From the NCBI RefSeq assembly GCF_009914755.1, contig NC_060925.1: a stretch of DNA of 64,000 bases. One strand, written 5' to 3'. Both the position numbers and the translations under genes were made by a program. How positions within the stretch are numbered: the first letter of the stretch is position 1; each line of letters starts with the position of its first letter. This document shows, one piece after another, positions 30,071-57,196 of this stretch. This DNA is from the human T2T-CHM13v2.0 reference genome, Homo sapiens. The notes under the pieces are model-generated. The model saw nothing but the letters and a program-made list of their open reading frames with translations. It ran no database searches and was not told the origin of the DNA.

Positions 30071-32030
30071 TTTTCAGTGGGAAAGAGCAGAGCCCTCACC
30101 AGGTCCAGGAAAGGAGCAGGGAGGGCCCCAGGCTGTCTCGGGTCAGGGCCCACCCCCCTCAACCTTCCCCCTTCTGCTGCCTGCCCTCTGAGGGCCTCCC
30201 ACTTTTCTGTCCCCCTGCCAAGGTACACACCAGCCCCGCCACTCCACAACGGGGCCTCTCACCCTCACCTACCGTCAGAGCCTGGCCCACTCCATCCCAC
30301 CCGTCAGAATTGGGGGCAATTGCCAGGGGTCTTTGGGTCTGGCCTCCTGGCCTGAACTACAGGGGAGCCAGGCTGGGGCACTGCCCAGAGAAGGGAGGGG
30401 GCCTGGCTGGCAGGGTGCCTAGGAGGACACCGACTGAGGGGAGATTGCAGAGTTCTGACCCTGAAGCTGGTGTGGAAACCAGACCCTGCATGGGGATCTG
30501 ATGGGGGCTGAGTGTGCATGGGGACGGGCTGGGAGGGGGTGGGAGCTAGGCAGCAGGGACTAAAGGTTGACAGCAAAGACCCTGGAGTTAGACTGCCTGG
30601 GTTCAAATCCAAGTGCCACCACCTACCAGCCACATGCCATTGGGCAAACACTTAACCTCTGGTGCCTCAGTTTCTCCATCTGGGAAGCTCTCATAGGCAT
30701 GTTGTGAGGATGACAGTCAATCCATGCAGAGCACTTCACTCTGAGTGTGAGCTGTTTAGAGAGAAGGGAGGGAGCGCTGCATGAAGTGGGGCCTGGTGAC
30801 ACAAACGGGCAAGGGAGGGGCATGCTTTGTGGGAAAGGGACTCCCATGGGCTTCACACCCACATTCAGACACAAATTCAGCTGGTCCCCCACTCAGATCC
30901 CACCCCTGGGTCTCCTGACTCACTCCTTACACTTTTCCTGGGGCCCTCAGGCCTGATTCTATGAGGTACACACCTGTCCCCAATCCCCTCCCTTTCCCCC
31001 CAACCCCTGCCCCACCTGCCCCTGCCCAGTGCTTTGCAGGGAGGGAGGGCTGCAGCTCCTTCTCCTTTCAACCAGCCCTGGACGCCAAGTCTGGGCCCTG
31101 TCCCGTGGCCAGATCCTGTGGCCCTGGTGTTCATTGGCCATCAGGCGCCTCCCCAACCCCAAGGGGGCCTCAGCTCCCCATCCCCCAGTAGAGGCTGACA
31201 GCTGTGCCATGATCTTGTGGCCGCTGTCTCCTTATCCACCAGCTATTTGCGCAGAGGTCGTGGACTCTCACACCAAGCCTTATCTCTTGACAAGGCCAAA
31301 CTCCCAGCCAGACTCCTTACCCGCCCCTGCCAGGGGCTTCCACCTTGGCCTGTCTCTGGTGGTGTCTGGATATCAATGGGTCAGCTCTGCCTATGATCAT
31401 CTGCTGTGTGGCCTTGGGCAAGTTGCTGCCCCTCTCTGGGATTTAGTTCCCTCAGCCACGACAATCAGAAGCTGGCCAGTGAGGCTTCAAGGACCGTTCT
31501 AGGCCTGGGCAGGGGTATCAAATGGGGTGGGTAGTTAAACTGAACCAGACGCAACATGTAACTTTCTAGCCCGGCCCCTGGCAGAGTCATCTCTGGCACC
31601 AGCCTAGTGGTTCAGACAGTGGGCTGAGGAGTCCAGCAGACCTGGTTTGGATCCCAGTGCTGCCTCTCTGTAGCTGTGGGCAAGTGACCTCATTTCTCTA
31701 AAACCTCAAATTCCTCCTTTATGAAAGGTGGATAACAGCCCCTAATGATGAACAGGAAACACTCACAGGGCTCTTGCCTCATGCCAGGCACTATTCTGAG
31801 CACTTTATGTGGATTAACTCATTTAATCCTTATAACAGCTCTTTGAGGTTGGTCTCCTTATTGTCCCCACTTTGTAGATGGGAAAACTGAGGCACAGAGG
31901 GCTTAAATCACTCGCTCACTCATGGCCACACAGCTGGGAAGTGAGAGCTGGGATGTGGCTCCAGGCAAGCTGGCTCACCCTCTTCCATTTTCCTATTGTG
32001 CTGTCAGCTCTCTTAGAAGAGATATTGAGC

Positions 32031-33185
<1,155 letters not shown>

Positions 33186-34230
33186 CCTTATTACTATTAC
33201 CTTATTTTCCTATTCCTTCTAAATTTCTACTGATCTGCCAATAAGAAACCCTCTGGGTCCCAACCACCCCAGGTTGGAGCCTGGGAGGTCCTGGATGGGA
33301 CCCTCCTTTGGCCCCCCTTTCTGTCTGTCTGGCAACCTGAAGGGAGGGATATGTGCACAGATGTGTGGTCCAGGATGTTCAGATAGTCTGGGGAGGAGGT
33401 GTGGTGCTGGTGAATTCCTGTTCCACCAAGGCCGGCCCTTCACTCCCCACATCTGCTGGAGGGCTGAACTCCTGCTTCTAAGATTCCTGGGAAGTCTTCC
33501 CCTCTGTCTAGCTCTCCCTCCTTCTTTTGAGTTGCCAGCAGCCTCTCCTCTCAGGCAGGGGTGATGGAGACCCCTCCTGCATCCCCCACCATTCTCCCTA
33601 CCTCCACCCCAGGGGATCTCTTGGCCTCATCCTCAAAAATCCCAGCAATGCAGTGGAAATTAAAGTTACCTTAAATATTCTAATCTTATAATAATTTTGC
33701 TTCAATCAACATCTAAATGTGACCACATGTGTCTAGACCACCCAGCAGCCTGGTTGGTGTGGGGGGACAGAAGACAGAGGGCTGCTCTCAGACATGGGCC
33801 TGGCTCTGGGGGGCTTCCTGGGAAGAGGTCTGCTGGTCTTTGGGTCCTTCCCTCAGCTTTCTCCAGGCCTGCCCACACTAGGCCATCCTTCCCCTCTTCG
33901 CCTTCCCTTAGACAGCCCAGGGAGCCCCAGGCCTTATACTCTCTCTCCCTAACAACTTGGCTGGGGGAGGCCGGGGGGCAGTGAGGCTCCACAGGCAATC
34001 GGAGGTCAGGGTTGGCTTCATAGGAGTCACACAAGTCTCCCCACTCCCGAGGGCCTGACTTAACACTCCCCTGGGTTGTCTTGGAATTCATAATAATTTC
34101 TGAACTAAGGGCTCCATGTTCATTTTGCACTGAGCCCCATAAAGTATATCCTGTTGGAGGGTTCCCCTGCACTCACACCTCTCTCTCTGTGAGTTCTCCC
34201 CACCCTGTACTCACAGTCAATACCCAGTCA

Positions 34231-34808
<578 letters not shown>

Positions 34809-35338
34809 AATAAACATTTATTGAGCACCTACTTTGTGCTGACAAGCTGTGCCAGATGCTTGGGGCTACAGTGAGGAACAACATAGACATGCCCTGATTT
34901 CATAAACTTACCCTCCTTACACATTCAGACATTCATCTATCCATCCATGCAGTGGTTTTGCAAGATGTTCCCCAATAACAATCAAGCTAATCATAACTGC
35001 CAGTTAGGGAATACTCATCATATGCCATGAAATTTATATATATTATCTTGTTTCATCCTTAAAACAGCCAGCAAGGGAGGCATTATGATTCCCATTTTCC
35101 AGATGAAAAAAACTGAGGCTCAAAGGTCAAATCATTTGTCCAGTGTCACATAGCTAATAACTAGAAGAGCCAGGACTTGTCCTATTTCCTCATTTTCAAT
35201 CTCTCCCCCCGACCCCACATTGCATTCAGCTGCTTCCCCATGGGCAGAAGCTCCCAGCAGGTAGGGCTGAAGTCTAGGTCAGCTCCACGTCCCCGGCCCC
35301 TAACACAGAGCTACATTTTTGTTAAATGAAAGAATTCA

Positions 35339-36268
<930 letters not shown>

Positions 36269-39200
36269 ATTCACACACAGACACAGTCCCTAAGGAACAT
36301 CAGGAAACAGGCAGACACTGAAACACAAAAACATACATACATAATGTGTAATGTACTGGATAAGAGCTTTGTGTTCAAGTCCTGACTATCTGGGTTCAAG
36401 TGCTGAATCCACGGTGTTACTAGCTGTGCTCCTTAGTCTCCTCATCTGCAGATAGTAGTAGGGCTGTGGTGAAGGCTAAATGAGAAATACATGTGAAGTA
36501 CTGGCATATCACATGACTAGCGCTGGCACATGGCCACTCTGCAATAAAGATTAGCTATTGCTATGACTAACATTCATCCACATTCACTGGCAAATGTCCT
36601 CCTGCCCATGCGCACCACCCTCCCACCCCTCCTCTAGCCTAGCTCAGTCATAGATGCCCTCATGGTTGACAGTCCAGGCTCCCAGAGCCAAGAGGAAAGA
36701 GCAACTGCTTCTCTGCATCCCCTGGGCTGTACCTGAGCCAGCCCATGTGAGCTCCTCACCAGCTCTGGGTTCCATCAGAGATGGCTTCCTGGAGGAGGCC
36801 TGGACCCAAGGTGGGTGAGGGAGCCAGGGCAAAGCAGGAGAGTGCTACTCTGTGTCCTGGCTACCTCCATTGTTCTTTACAACACCCTCTCCCCCAACCT
36901 CTGCTGCAGCGGCCTCCCTCCCCCCACTCCCCCTTCCCACAGTAGAAATTTTCCTCTCTCCCCCTGCCAGAGTGTAAATTGCCCCCAGGAATGCAGTGAG
37001 TCCCACCGCTCCCCTGGCAGTGGCCGGCGGCTGTCCTGGGGTCAGGCCTGGCCCTACATCAAAGGCTGGGGATCAGTAACAGCAGCTCCTTGCCTGCCAC
37101 CAGCCTCCCCTCCTCTCTCCTACCCTCCCACCGGCCCTTTGGCTTCCAAAACACAGCACATGGTAGCACTTAAGCTCTGGGAGGGCATTTTTCCTGCACC
37201 CCCACCACCTACTAGCCACAATGAACTACTTGTTAGGAGACTATTTTAATTTTACTGAATGCAATTTCTGCTCCTGAGGCTTCTGTTGCCACCCGCTTCT
37301 TGGCCTTGGATGCCCAGTACAAATGTAGGGGAGGCCAACCCCCTAGGAGAAGGTGAAACCTGAATATGGAAATTTCACTGGTGTTGGAGGTCTGGGGCAG
37401 AAAGGGACAGTGTTACATCAGGGGAATGGGGCTGGTGCTCTGGCCTCCACTCAGGAAGTAAGGGGGGTTGATTAGGGGAGGGCTCAGAGGTAGCTTGTAC
37501 ACAACTCAGGAGGCCAGCATGGGAGTTTGAAGTATGTATGCGGCCAGACATCCTTGGCCAACGCTCTCTTCTAATGTTCTGGCTCCAGCAGGCAGGCGCT
37601 TAGCCTGGCAGCTATATGTAAGCTTTGCTTTCAGGTCCTGTAGGGGTGGCTGGAGGAGGGGGAGCACTCTCAGCCTCCGGTCAGCCTCTAAGATTTGCTC
37701 CATCAGGTGCATCTTCTAGCAAATTCTGAAAACCAGGGGTCCGGTGGTCACTCTCTGGGACAGTACAGTGGTGATTTGGAGACCCCTGGTGGCCAAAGGC
37801 TGAAGACCGAGACCTTTCCTTAGAGCTCCACCCAGCCAGCCCCAGGCCCAAAGGCCACCAGCATCAACCCTCCATCTCCAGAACTCTGCCATGAGTCAGA
37901 CTACCCAAAAATTCTTGTTAGTCAGCCTCTCCCATATAGCCAGGCTCACCTGCCCCATCTTGTTGGGAGGGAATGGCCTAGCTTAGGGGGCTGTCTCAGC
38001 CTCACAGTCATAGTAAGAGAGGAATGTGTAATCTACAACCAATCAATGACATGGGTGGGGACCAGGAAGTTAGTTTCCTGGGGATTGCATGTTCCAAATA
38101 CTTCTGCAGTCCCCAGCTCTTTCTTTCCCTCAGCCCCAATCGTGGGGCTGTAACTGGGAAAAGTCACTAAGGGAGCTTTGTTTCCACAGTTCCCTAATCC
38201 TGTAATGTTGCCCAAGTTTAACATTGGGAAAGGAAATATCCAAAACGTCACGACATACAAACCGCTGCTCAAAAGTAGGCTGTGGTACCCGGAGGAGAGG
38301 AAGGGCCGAGGGTCCCCCTGGAGAAGGGAAAGGGCGGTGTAGCTTTTTTTGGCAGGGTTCAGACACTACATAAAGCTTTCCACATCTGGGCCCCAACATT
38401 CATTCCCTTATTCATTCATTCAGACTCTGGTGTGACTGGACTGAGACCCACACTAAGTGCTAAGGACACAGTTAACCAAAATTGAATCACTGCCCTGGGA
38501 CCCCAAATTATAATATGGAGGGGGACATAAAGAGGCTCAGAGGATGTTCCTATATTTGGGGACACGAAACTGACCATCCCTCTTTGGTGGCCTAATCCAG
38601 CTAGAGCCGGTAAGTCCTTGCAAACTGCCCTTCTCAGTGGTGTCTCAAAACCCTGGTCCTACCCTTGCACAACCAAAACACATCTCAAGCACAATGCATC
38701 TAAAACTGGCTCCCCCCATCTCAGGCCTGCACACATACTTTAGGGAAGGCCTGGGACCCCATTTCCCTCCAACAACCTGAGTGTCTAGACCTCAGGGCCT
38801 TAGGCTATCCCCAAGCAGTGCTACCAAATACAGCCTGACACAATCTCTGCTTCCTCCTTTTAAGATCTATCCCAAGCTCTCTAAGCCTGGGAGAGGGAGC
38901 TGTGGCCTGTTCCCTTTTTCCCCCATAGTGTTAACCAGGCAGTAAAAGAATCTTCATTAAGAGCATGGGTTTTGCCCTTTGGCCCAGCTTTGAACCCTAA
39001 CTTTTCCACTTACTCACCATATGACCTGGGCAACTTATGGCCTCCACTCTAAAAATGGAATTCTTGTGAGCTGGCCAATGCATGCAAAGTGTTCAGTAGT
39101 GTCTTTCAAGTGGTAAGCACTCAACAAATAGCACCCCAACAACAGGGTTTATATGGCCTTTCTAGCCAGACCTTCCAACTTGGTGGCCAAGTGCCCAGGA

Positions 39201-39475
39201 TAGTTCATTTTAGGTATGTCTGGAATAATGGTCTGCTTCTAGATTTTGCTGCACACACTAGAGCCAAAAGCGACTCTGAAGGGGCTTCAGTTGCTTATAC
39301 TGGCTCCCAGGTTTCCCAGACACTCTCGTCTGTGGAGAGAAGCCACTGCTAAACCAAGTCAAAGAAAGACAGGGCCCATGAACCTACCTGGTCTCCTCAC
39401 ACCATTGTAACAAAACACCTGGGGATAAGCAGAAAGAAAACAGGACATGATTGGGATTTCACTCAAGAATGTGTC

Positions 39476-39481
39476 TTTATT
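39476..39481 (-). terminator. TRAPPC3: TRAPPC3 distal polyadenylation signal
   Basis: AATAAA on the minus strand ~600 nt after the stop, followed by a U/GU-rich downstream element (tgtcctgttttctttctg). Confidence 0.8.
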
Positions 39482-39935
39482 GAAGAATTTGTAAGAAAAA
39501 AGGATGTACCCTCTGTAAAAAGAGGAGATGTTGCCTCCAACAGCAGGGAGGAATGAGACCTGGGTGGCTTCCCAGAAGTCAGTGTTTCCGGCATGACTGG
39601 CTCCTTTCCTGGCAAACACTACAATGTGTCACACTACAGCTAGCAATTCCTCCCCACTCCCTCCCAGCCCTTCCTCCCTCCACCCCACAACCCTATAGCC
39701 ATTTGAGGCAAATGGCTTTCTAAAGGCCCAGGGATAGATGTGCCAGGCTTGCCTCTTAATGGGGTCAAAGTGAGTTTTGCTTTGGAAAAATTCAAACAGG
39801 AATGTAAAATGGTTTGAGCTCTTTCTAGTCCAACCAAAGGTGATTACATCCAGCCCCTCTCAAGGGAATGGGGGCAGAGACTGTCGCTCCTGAATGTGCA
39901 CACATGGGGTAAATGGACTATATCGCAGTCTGCTC

Positions 39936-39941
39936 TTTATT
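39936..39941 (-). terminator. TRAPPC3: TRAPPC3 candidate proximal polyadenylation signal
   Basis: Second AATAAA ~140 nt after the stop, with tgtgtg downstream. Confidence 0.55.
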
Positions 39942-40081
39942 TGAATGGAGAATGGAAACAGGTTATAAGAATATATAACATCCATGTTCAAGAGTCACTG
40001 AGTTCTGGAGGGCAGAGGGAGCACAGAGGCCTGCTGATTCCAACAGTGCTCCTGATGGCTATCCTCGAGTTGTAGGGATGG

Positions 40082-40201
40082 TTATTCCTCTCCAGCTGGA
40101 AGATTGTCCTCAATCCGCCTGATGAATCTCATCCGGATTTCTGTCACACCGTCTCCTTTCAGGGTGTCCTGGACAAACTTGGCCTCCACAGCCATCTGGA
40201 C
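40082..40201 (-). CDS. TRAPPC3: TRAPPC3 exon 5 (coding part)
   Basis: Acceptor cccccag|GTC; VQMAVEAKFVQDTLKGDGVTEIRMRFIRRIEDNLPAGEE then TAA (40084-40082); 120 nt. Confidence 0.96.
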   Translation of the reverse strand, partial: VQMAVEAKFVQDTLKGDGVTEIRMRFIRRIEDNLPAGEE

Positions 40202-40614
40202 CTGGGGGACAGTGGGAAAACGAAGGGGTAGCTGCCTGGCCACAGCCTCTAGGGAACCAGTGGGGATGGGGCATAACTGACTCATCCACAGCATCCAAAA
40301 AAGGGGGGCTGGTTTCCCACAAGGACAAGATTGACAGCGCCAACATTCTGTTGCATAAGACAATGGCTCCAACCCTTAAGGAGAAACTTAGCAAAGAATA
40401 CCCAAGAATGAGACTGTCACCAAATAAGCCTATCTGAGAATGGATGTTCCTGGGCTTTGGGGACTGACAGCACCACCTTCCACCAGCCTGGTATGGAGGA
40501 GTATCACCATGTAAAGATGTCCGACTTGGATCCTACCTCAGCAGCATCACCATCTCAGGCAGTAAAGCGCTGGGGTGAGCCAAAGCCCTTTCTTTTCTCT
40601 CTTTCATTCATTTA

Positions 40615-40860
<246 letters not shown>

Positions 40861-41627
40861 TCAGGGGACACACAACAGCACTTTGGGGAAGAGCAGCAGG
40901 AACTGTACCACAGGGAAGGTGACAGAACTGGCAAAGGGGAATTAAGTGGCTCAGGAACAAACCTGTGGCCTCTGCAAGATGACACTTCAGATACTCAGGA
41001 CAACAAAGGAGAAGCATCTGTACATGATGCTGCACCCCTCTCCTTCACGGCATCATACAGTTTTGCCTGTCGCTTTGTTTTGTTTTGTTTTCCCAGAAAC
41101 ATTTTTCTTTCCTAGGCATCATACAAGTAAGCAACAACTCACTCACTGTGTGCTTGTACTTCTCAGTGGAAGGGAGCACTAGTCTTTCGACACGGTGGCT
41201 GCCTGAGTGCAGAGGCCCTAACCCACTTCTCTGTCCTCTGTCTGTGCTACCTGAATGCACCTTCTTGAAAGTGAATACACATTACTGGGCAGAGAAAAAG
41301 TCCTACCCTATCCACCCTCCTAATTCCAAACTCTCACAAAGCTCCCTCCACTGTCAATCCTCTTTAGGATTTGGGTATGACCAGCAAGCTTACAACAGAA
41401 AGACCAACTTTTAAGTAACTGACACCACAAAGTTATGGGTGCTATGTCATTTATTAATACTATAACAGATAGCACTAATACTAGTAATAGTAAACATTTA
41501 CTATATGCACAACACTATGCTAAACACTAGCATTTTACCTAAATGTTCATGTCCATTATTCATTTACTCCTTAAAACAGCCCTGGGGGTAGCTCTTATTT
41601 TCTTCATGTTAAAGATGAGGTAACTGG

Positions 41628-42334
<707 letters not shown>

Positions 42335-42598
42335 GAGTCTGTATTCTTTACCCCCATGCTACTCTGCTACACCTTCACAGTGGAAAAGCTCAGGCTTTGA
42401 TTTCAGTGGGGCTTTAATCCACAGGGATTAAATAATCTATGCTATTCCCTAACGACCTGGAATGTTTTTTTGACCCAAAGAGCTGCCTAGCCAGTCTTTT
42501 GGGAGATTAAAGGCCTCTCTAAGGGAGATAGAAAGAGTGGTAAGCAGTGCCTCTCAGCAGCAATTCTTCAGCATGGACAGGTGGCCCAGAATAATGAC

Positions 42599-42698
42599 CT
42601 TGGCAATGACATCCGCAGTTTCCCGAAAGTCATGGCACCTCCCAACATTTGACCGAGCCAAGAAATCTTCAATCAGCCGGACTCCAATGTTAAAGCCC
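42599..42698 (-). CDS. TRAPPC3: TRAPPC3 exon 3
   Basis: cccag|G GGC TTT: GFNIGVRLIEDFLARSNVGRCHDFRETADVIAK|GTCATT; 100 nt. Contains Cys68 (TGC 42637-42635), the known acylated residue of BET3. Confidence 0.95.
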
Positions 42699-42946
42699 CT
42701 GGGAAGGAAGTTAGAGAAGAGACTATGATGGAGTCTAAATGTCTTATGTTTGAACATAAGGTTGTTGGTGGTAAAGGGAAAATGGGGATAATCTCAAAAA
42801 CATCCCAGTAAATGAGTTTAGTGAGAAATGTACCCAAAATGTTGGCTAAGAAAGAGAGAGAACCCTGTTTTAAGCTCTAAAGGACAATGTAGACTCAGTG
42901 TGCTGGGAGGCCCCATTTCTGTCTCTCCTATGAAGGAGCTCACTCA

Positions 42947-43045
<99 letters not shown>

Positions 43046-43753
43046 CTAAAAGAGATTCAAAAGGCAGTCAGGACCAAGCAGCACAAAAGAGAAAGCGTGG
43101 TGAGAGTCTGGACCAGCCTTGATGCAACTGTCAGGATTCCCTCTAACTGTGTCTGGAGGGAAAGAACATCATCCCCTTTGGAGGAGCCAGGAAATTTGGC
43201 CTGCAAGGTCAAAGCAGCAGGGCTGCAGCCAGAACTACTGCAAAATGGGCTGTAAAAGGCACCTCATGCACTAAGCAATCACTCTTCCAACACACCAAGG
43301 TAGGCTTCTGCCAACCCAAGTCTCCACCACAGCTGTCAAGCCTAAGATCAGGTCACCAGAATCTGGTATGGGAGCAACGGTCATTCACTAGATGCTGTGA
43401 AACACCTGAAACAGACATTTACAAACTAATCTCTGTTGCTGGCAGGTGTGACCAATGGTTTCCACATGTCTTAGAATGTCCTGGCCTAGAGTAAACTGTA
43501 CTCCCAAGGCCCCTCCCAGAAGCAACAGAGGACCCAGGGGCCCAGTCCATGGGGAAGGAAGGAAGTCCCAGACCAAGTTCATTGCACTGATGACAACCCC
43601 TTTCCAAAGTCACCAGCATGGGAGAAAATAATGTTCCTCTTAACTCACAGCCAAAATATTTCCAGGAAAAGAGGTGACTCTTCAGAATCAACTGGTTTCT
43701 ATTACAATAGCAGTTAAAATCACAGAAACTCCTTCTCACATAAAGAATTCTGG

Positions 43754-51460
<7,707 letters not shown>

Positions 51461-51979
51461 TTTCGTCTGGGGGCGGGGGGAGGGAGGGAAGAACGAAAGA
51501 AAAATGACCTAAGTCTGCAGCCCCAGCCCCTAGTCCAACTTTATAGGACCATATGGTGTCCAAACTATTCCCTGGGAAAGAAGGGAGCCACCCACTCCAT
51601 TAGAGGGGCACCACTCACTGCTTACTCTGGCCCATCTCTTATTCCATTGAATAAAACGTTCCTTTCTGGCACGACCAGTATCTGAACATCTCTCACAATA
51701 CCCACGCCACAGTACGAGACACTGTAGCCTAAGAGTAAAGCCTAACAGTCAGCTCCTAGCATTAGCTTTGGAGTTAAACACGGGTCCAAATCCTAACTTC
51801 CCAGGTGTAAATATGGGCAAATTACGTAAGCTCTCCAAGCTGTAAAACGGCAATGTTATCCATCTGATAGGGGCTACTCTGCAGATTAACTGAGATGCTG
51901 TAACGTGCGTGGCCCGGTGCCCAACACATAGTAAGAGAGAAGTTAAGTGGCAGTTATTGGTATTTATTACCGTCGTTGT

Positions 51980-52750
51980 TGTTGGCTTAGCACAGAGCTG
52001 CACTCAGGCCTTGGGGGCGGGGTCTCCTCCGGGGAACTTCTCCGACGGTCCCCTCACCTGCCTGGAACGCCCCCGGAGTGACCCAGCAAGAGGCTTCCCC
52101 TTGCCAGAGCTCACAGGAAGGCCCTTTTCCAAACGCACCTCGCGCTCGGCGCCGGGCCCCTTCCCTGTACGCCTCAATTTCGCCCCGCCCGCCGAGGTCA
52201 CGCGCTCCAAGTTACCATTTTCTTGCTCTCGGTGCCACGGTTCGCCTGCCTCGACATGGTGCCGGCCGCCCCGCCCCACTCGCCTAGCCACGGGTTAGCT
52301 CGGCGACCCCTGCAGACGCCGGAGCCTAAGCCGCTGCCCCTCAGCCCACAAGACCGACCGGCACTGACTCACTGCGCCTGCGCGGCCTCCCGCGGGGCAC
52401 CACGGGACTAGTGGTCCGGCCGACGTGGGCAACTCCCGCCCAACAAACGTCAGACTACAACACCCAACAGCCCCTTTGGCAGCACCGCCTCTTAACACAG
52501 TCAACTACAACTCCCGGAGTGCTCCGCGCGCGCCTGCCTGGTAGAGCCCAGCTTGCGCTGGGCAGCATCCTGGCCGCTGGGTGGCGTCCGCAGCCTTCGG
52601 TAATCCTGGGTCACACACACGCTTCCTCCTTGTCCCCCTCCCCCCGCGCCCGGCTCAGAGATGATGCTCCACAAATTCCTCTCTCGCCGGGGTTGGTCTT
52701 GGAAAGTCCCTCTTTCGAGCTAGCGTCTTCCGCTGTTGCGATTCAGCTCC
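51980..52750. promoter_or_regulatory. TRAPPC3: CpG island / TRAPPC3 housekeeping promoter with ZNF143-THAP11, NRF1 and AP-1 motifs
   Basis: CpG-rich. ACTACAACTCCCGGAGTGC (52504-52522), ACTACAACACCC (52454-52465), TGCGCCTGCGC (52373-52383), TGACTCA (52365-52371). Confidence 0.85.
52216..52257 (-). CDS. TRAPPC3: TRAPPC3 exon 1 (coding part)
   Basis: ggcaccATG TCG...: MSRQANRGTESKKM|GTAACT; 42 nt. Exons sum to 42+98+100+183+120=543 nt = 180 aa plus stop. Confidence 0.95.
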
Positions 52751-54119
52751 AGAAGCTCCCAAGATGTCCCAGAAAACTAGCAATGACTCACACAGAATTG
52801 GCTTCTTCATTAGAAAAATATTTAATGACCTACTATGTGCCAAGCATTTCGCTAGTGTCTTTCTCTTCAGACTGCCAAACCCCAAATGATGCCAGCACCT
52901 GCCTTCTACCACCTGTGGCCTCGTGATGGAATATCCAGTCTTTTAGATAAAGTTCAAGTCACTTTCTCCCCCTCCCTCCCCCTAGAACAGCTACACTGCC
53001 TGGTTCCCAGAAAACAAAGATCACTAACTGTCGTGGCCGTCAGTTCTGAGTTCTAATCCCAGCTTTGCCATTTTAGGCAAGTTGCTAAATCTCTCTCAGT
53101 TGTTGTAAAGACTGGTGAGCCACGCATGCCCAGCACTTGGGCGCATAAAAGGCATAAAAGAAACGTGTATTCCCTTCCAGCCACCCTCCAAAAACAAGCC
53201 AACAAACAGGCACCAGAAACACGAAGGGAATGTGCTGGCTGAACTCTCACCCATCACCAAGGGGAAGTCTATAGTCCCTGACCACAGCTCTTTGGTTTCA
53301 GCTCCCGCGGTCTCTCAGCTGGTCAACTCTGAGGAAGCTGGGCTGGGGGGTCCCTGAGCACTCTCTGTTCACTTAGGCCTGGTAGCCTGACTGTAGCAGC
53401 TGCATTCTGGCCCCTAGCCCTCACCATGACAACCAGCCTGTCCAGACACGAGCCAGCCAGGCTAGGGAGGGCTGGGGGGCCGCTGAGGCTGCAAGCTGGT
53501 GCCCAGGGTTCCCCCAGTCCCTCCCTCAGGGTGCAGGACCAATCATTATTATACCCTTTTCCCCAGACATTCTGTTTCCTCCCTAGAGGCAGTGACCCCT
53601 CACTCTCCATCCTGTGTAATGCCACAGGGGAGGGAGCCAAGGGCCGAGGGCTCTGGGAAGGAACTTGAGGGTTGGTTGGGGTTGGGGGAGGAAAGCAGGA
53701 GTCAACTAGCCCCCAAGGGCCAGCTCAGCTAGACAAGAGCCCTCTGCATTCCCAGGACAGAGGACAGCTGAGGTGAAAGCTGCAGTTGGCCAGCCGGTCT
53801 GTCGGTCTGGGCTCCTCCCTGCCGGCTGCCCTTGGCTGCCCACAGAAACCTGAGTCACACTCACAGCCAGCCACCCAACCCCACCCTGCCTGCTGTCAAG
53901 CAGGGCGGTTCTAGAGAGAGTGGAGGTGGAGCCTTTCCCTGCCTGTCCAACAGCCTCCGAGATTTTGCCTCTCTCTGCCTGGGATTCCTCCTCTTGGCGT
54001 CTCTTTCTCTTTGGGACTTGCAGTGTCATTAGTCCTGAATGAACAGTGGGGGTGGGGGCCATCTCAGGTTGATCTATATGATCCCCTCCTCACTCAGATA
54101 GGTTCTTAAAGGCTTCTTA

Positions 54120-57196
<3,077 letters not shown>

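Noticed and set aside
29233-30249. His/Thr-rich 338-aa and Val/Cys-rich ORFs
   Set aside because: Translations of the (TG/CA)n repeat, which lacks stop codons.
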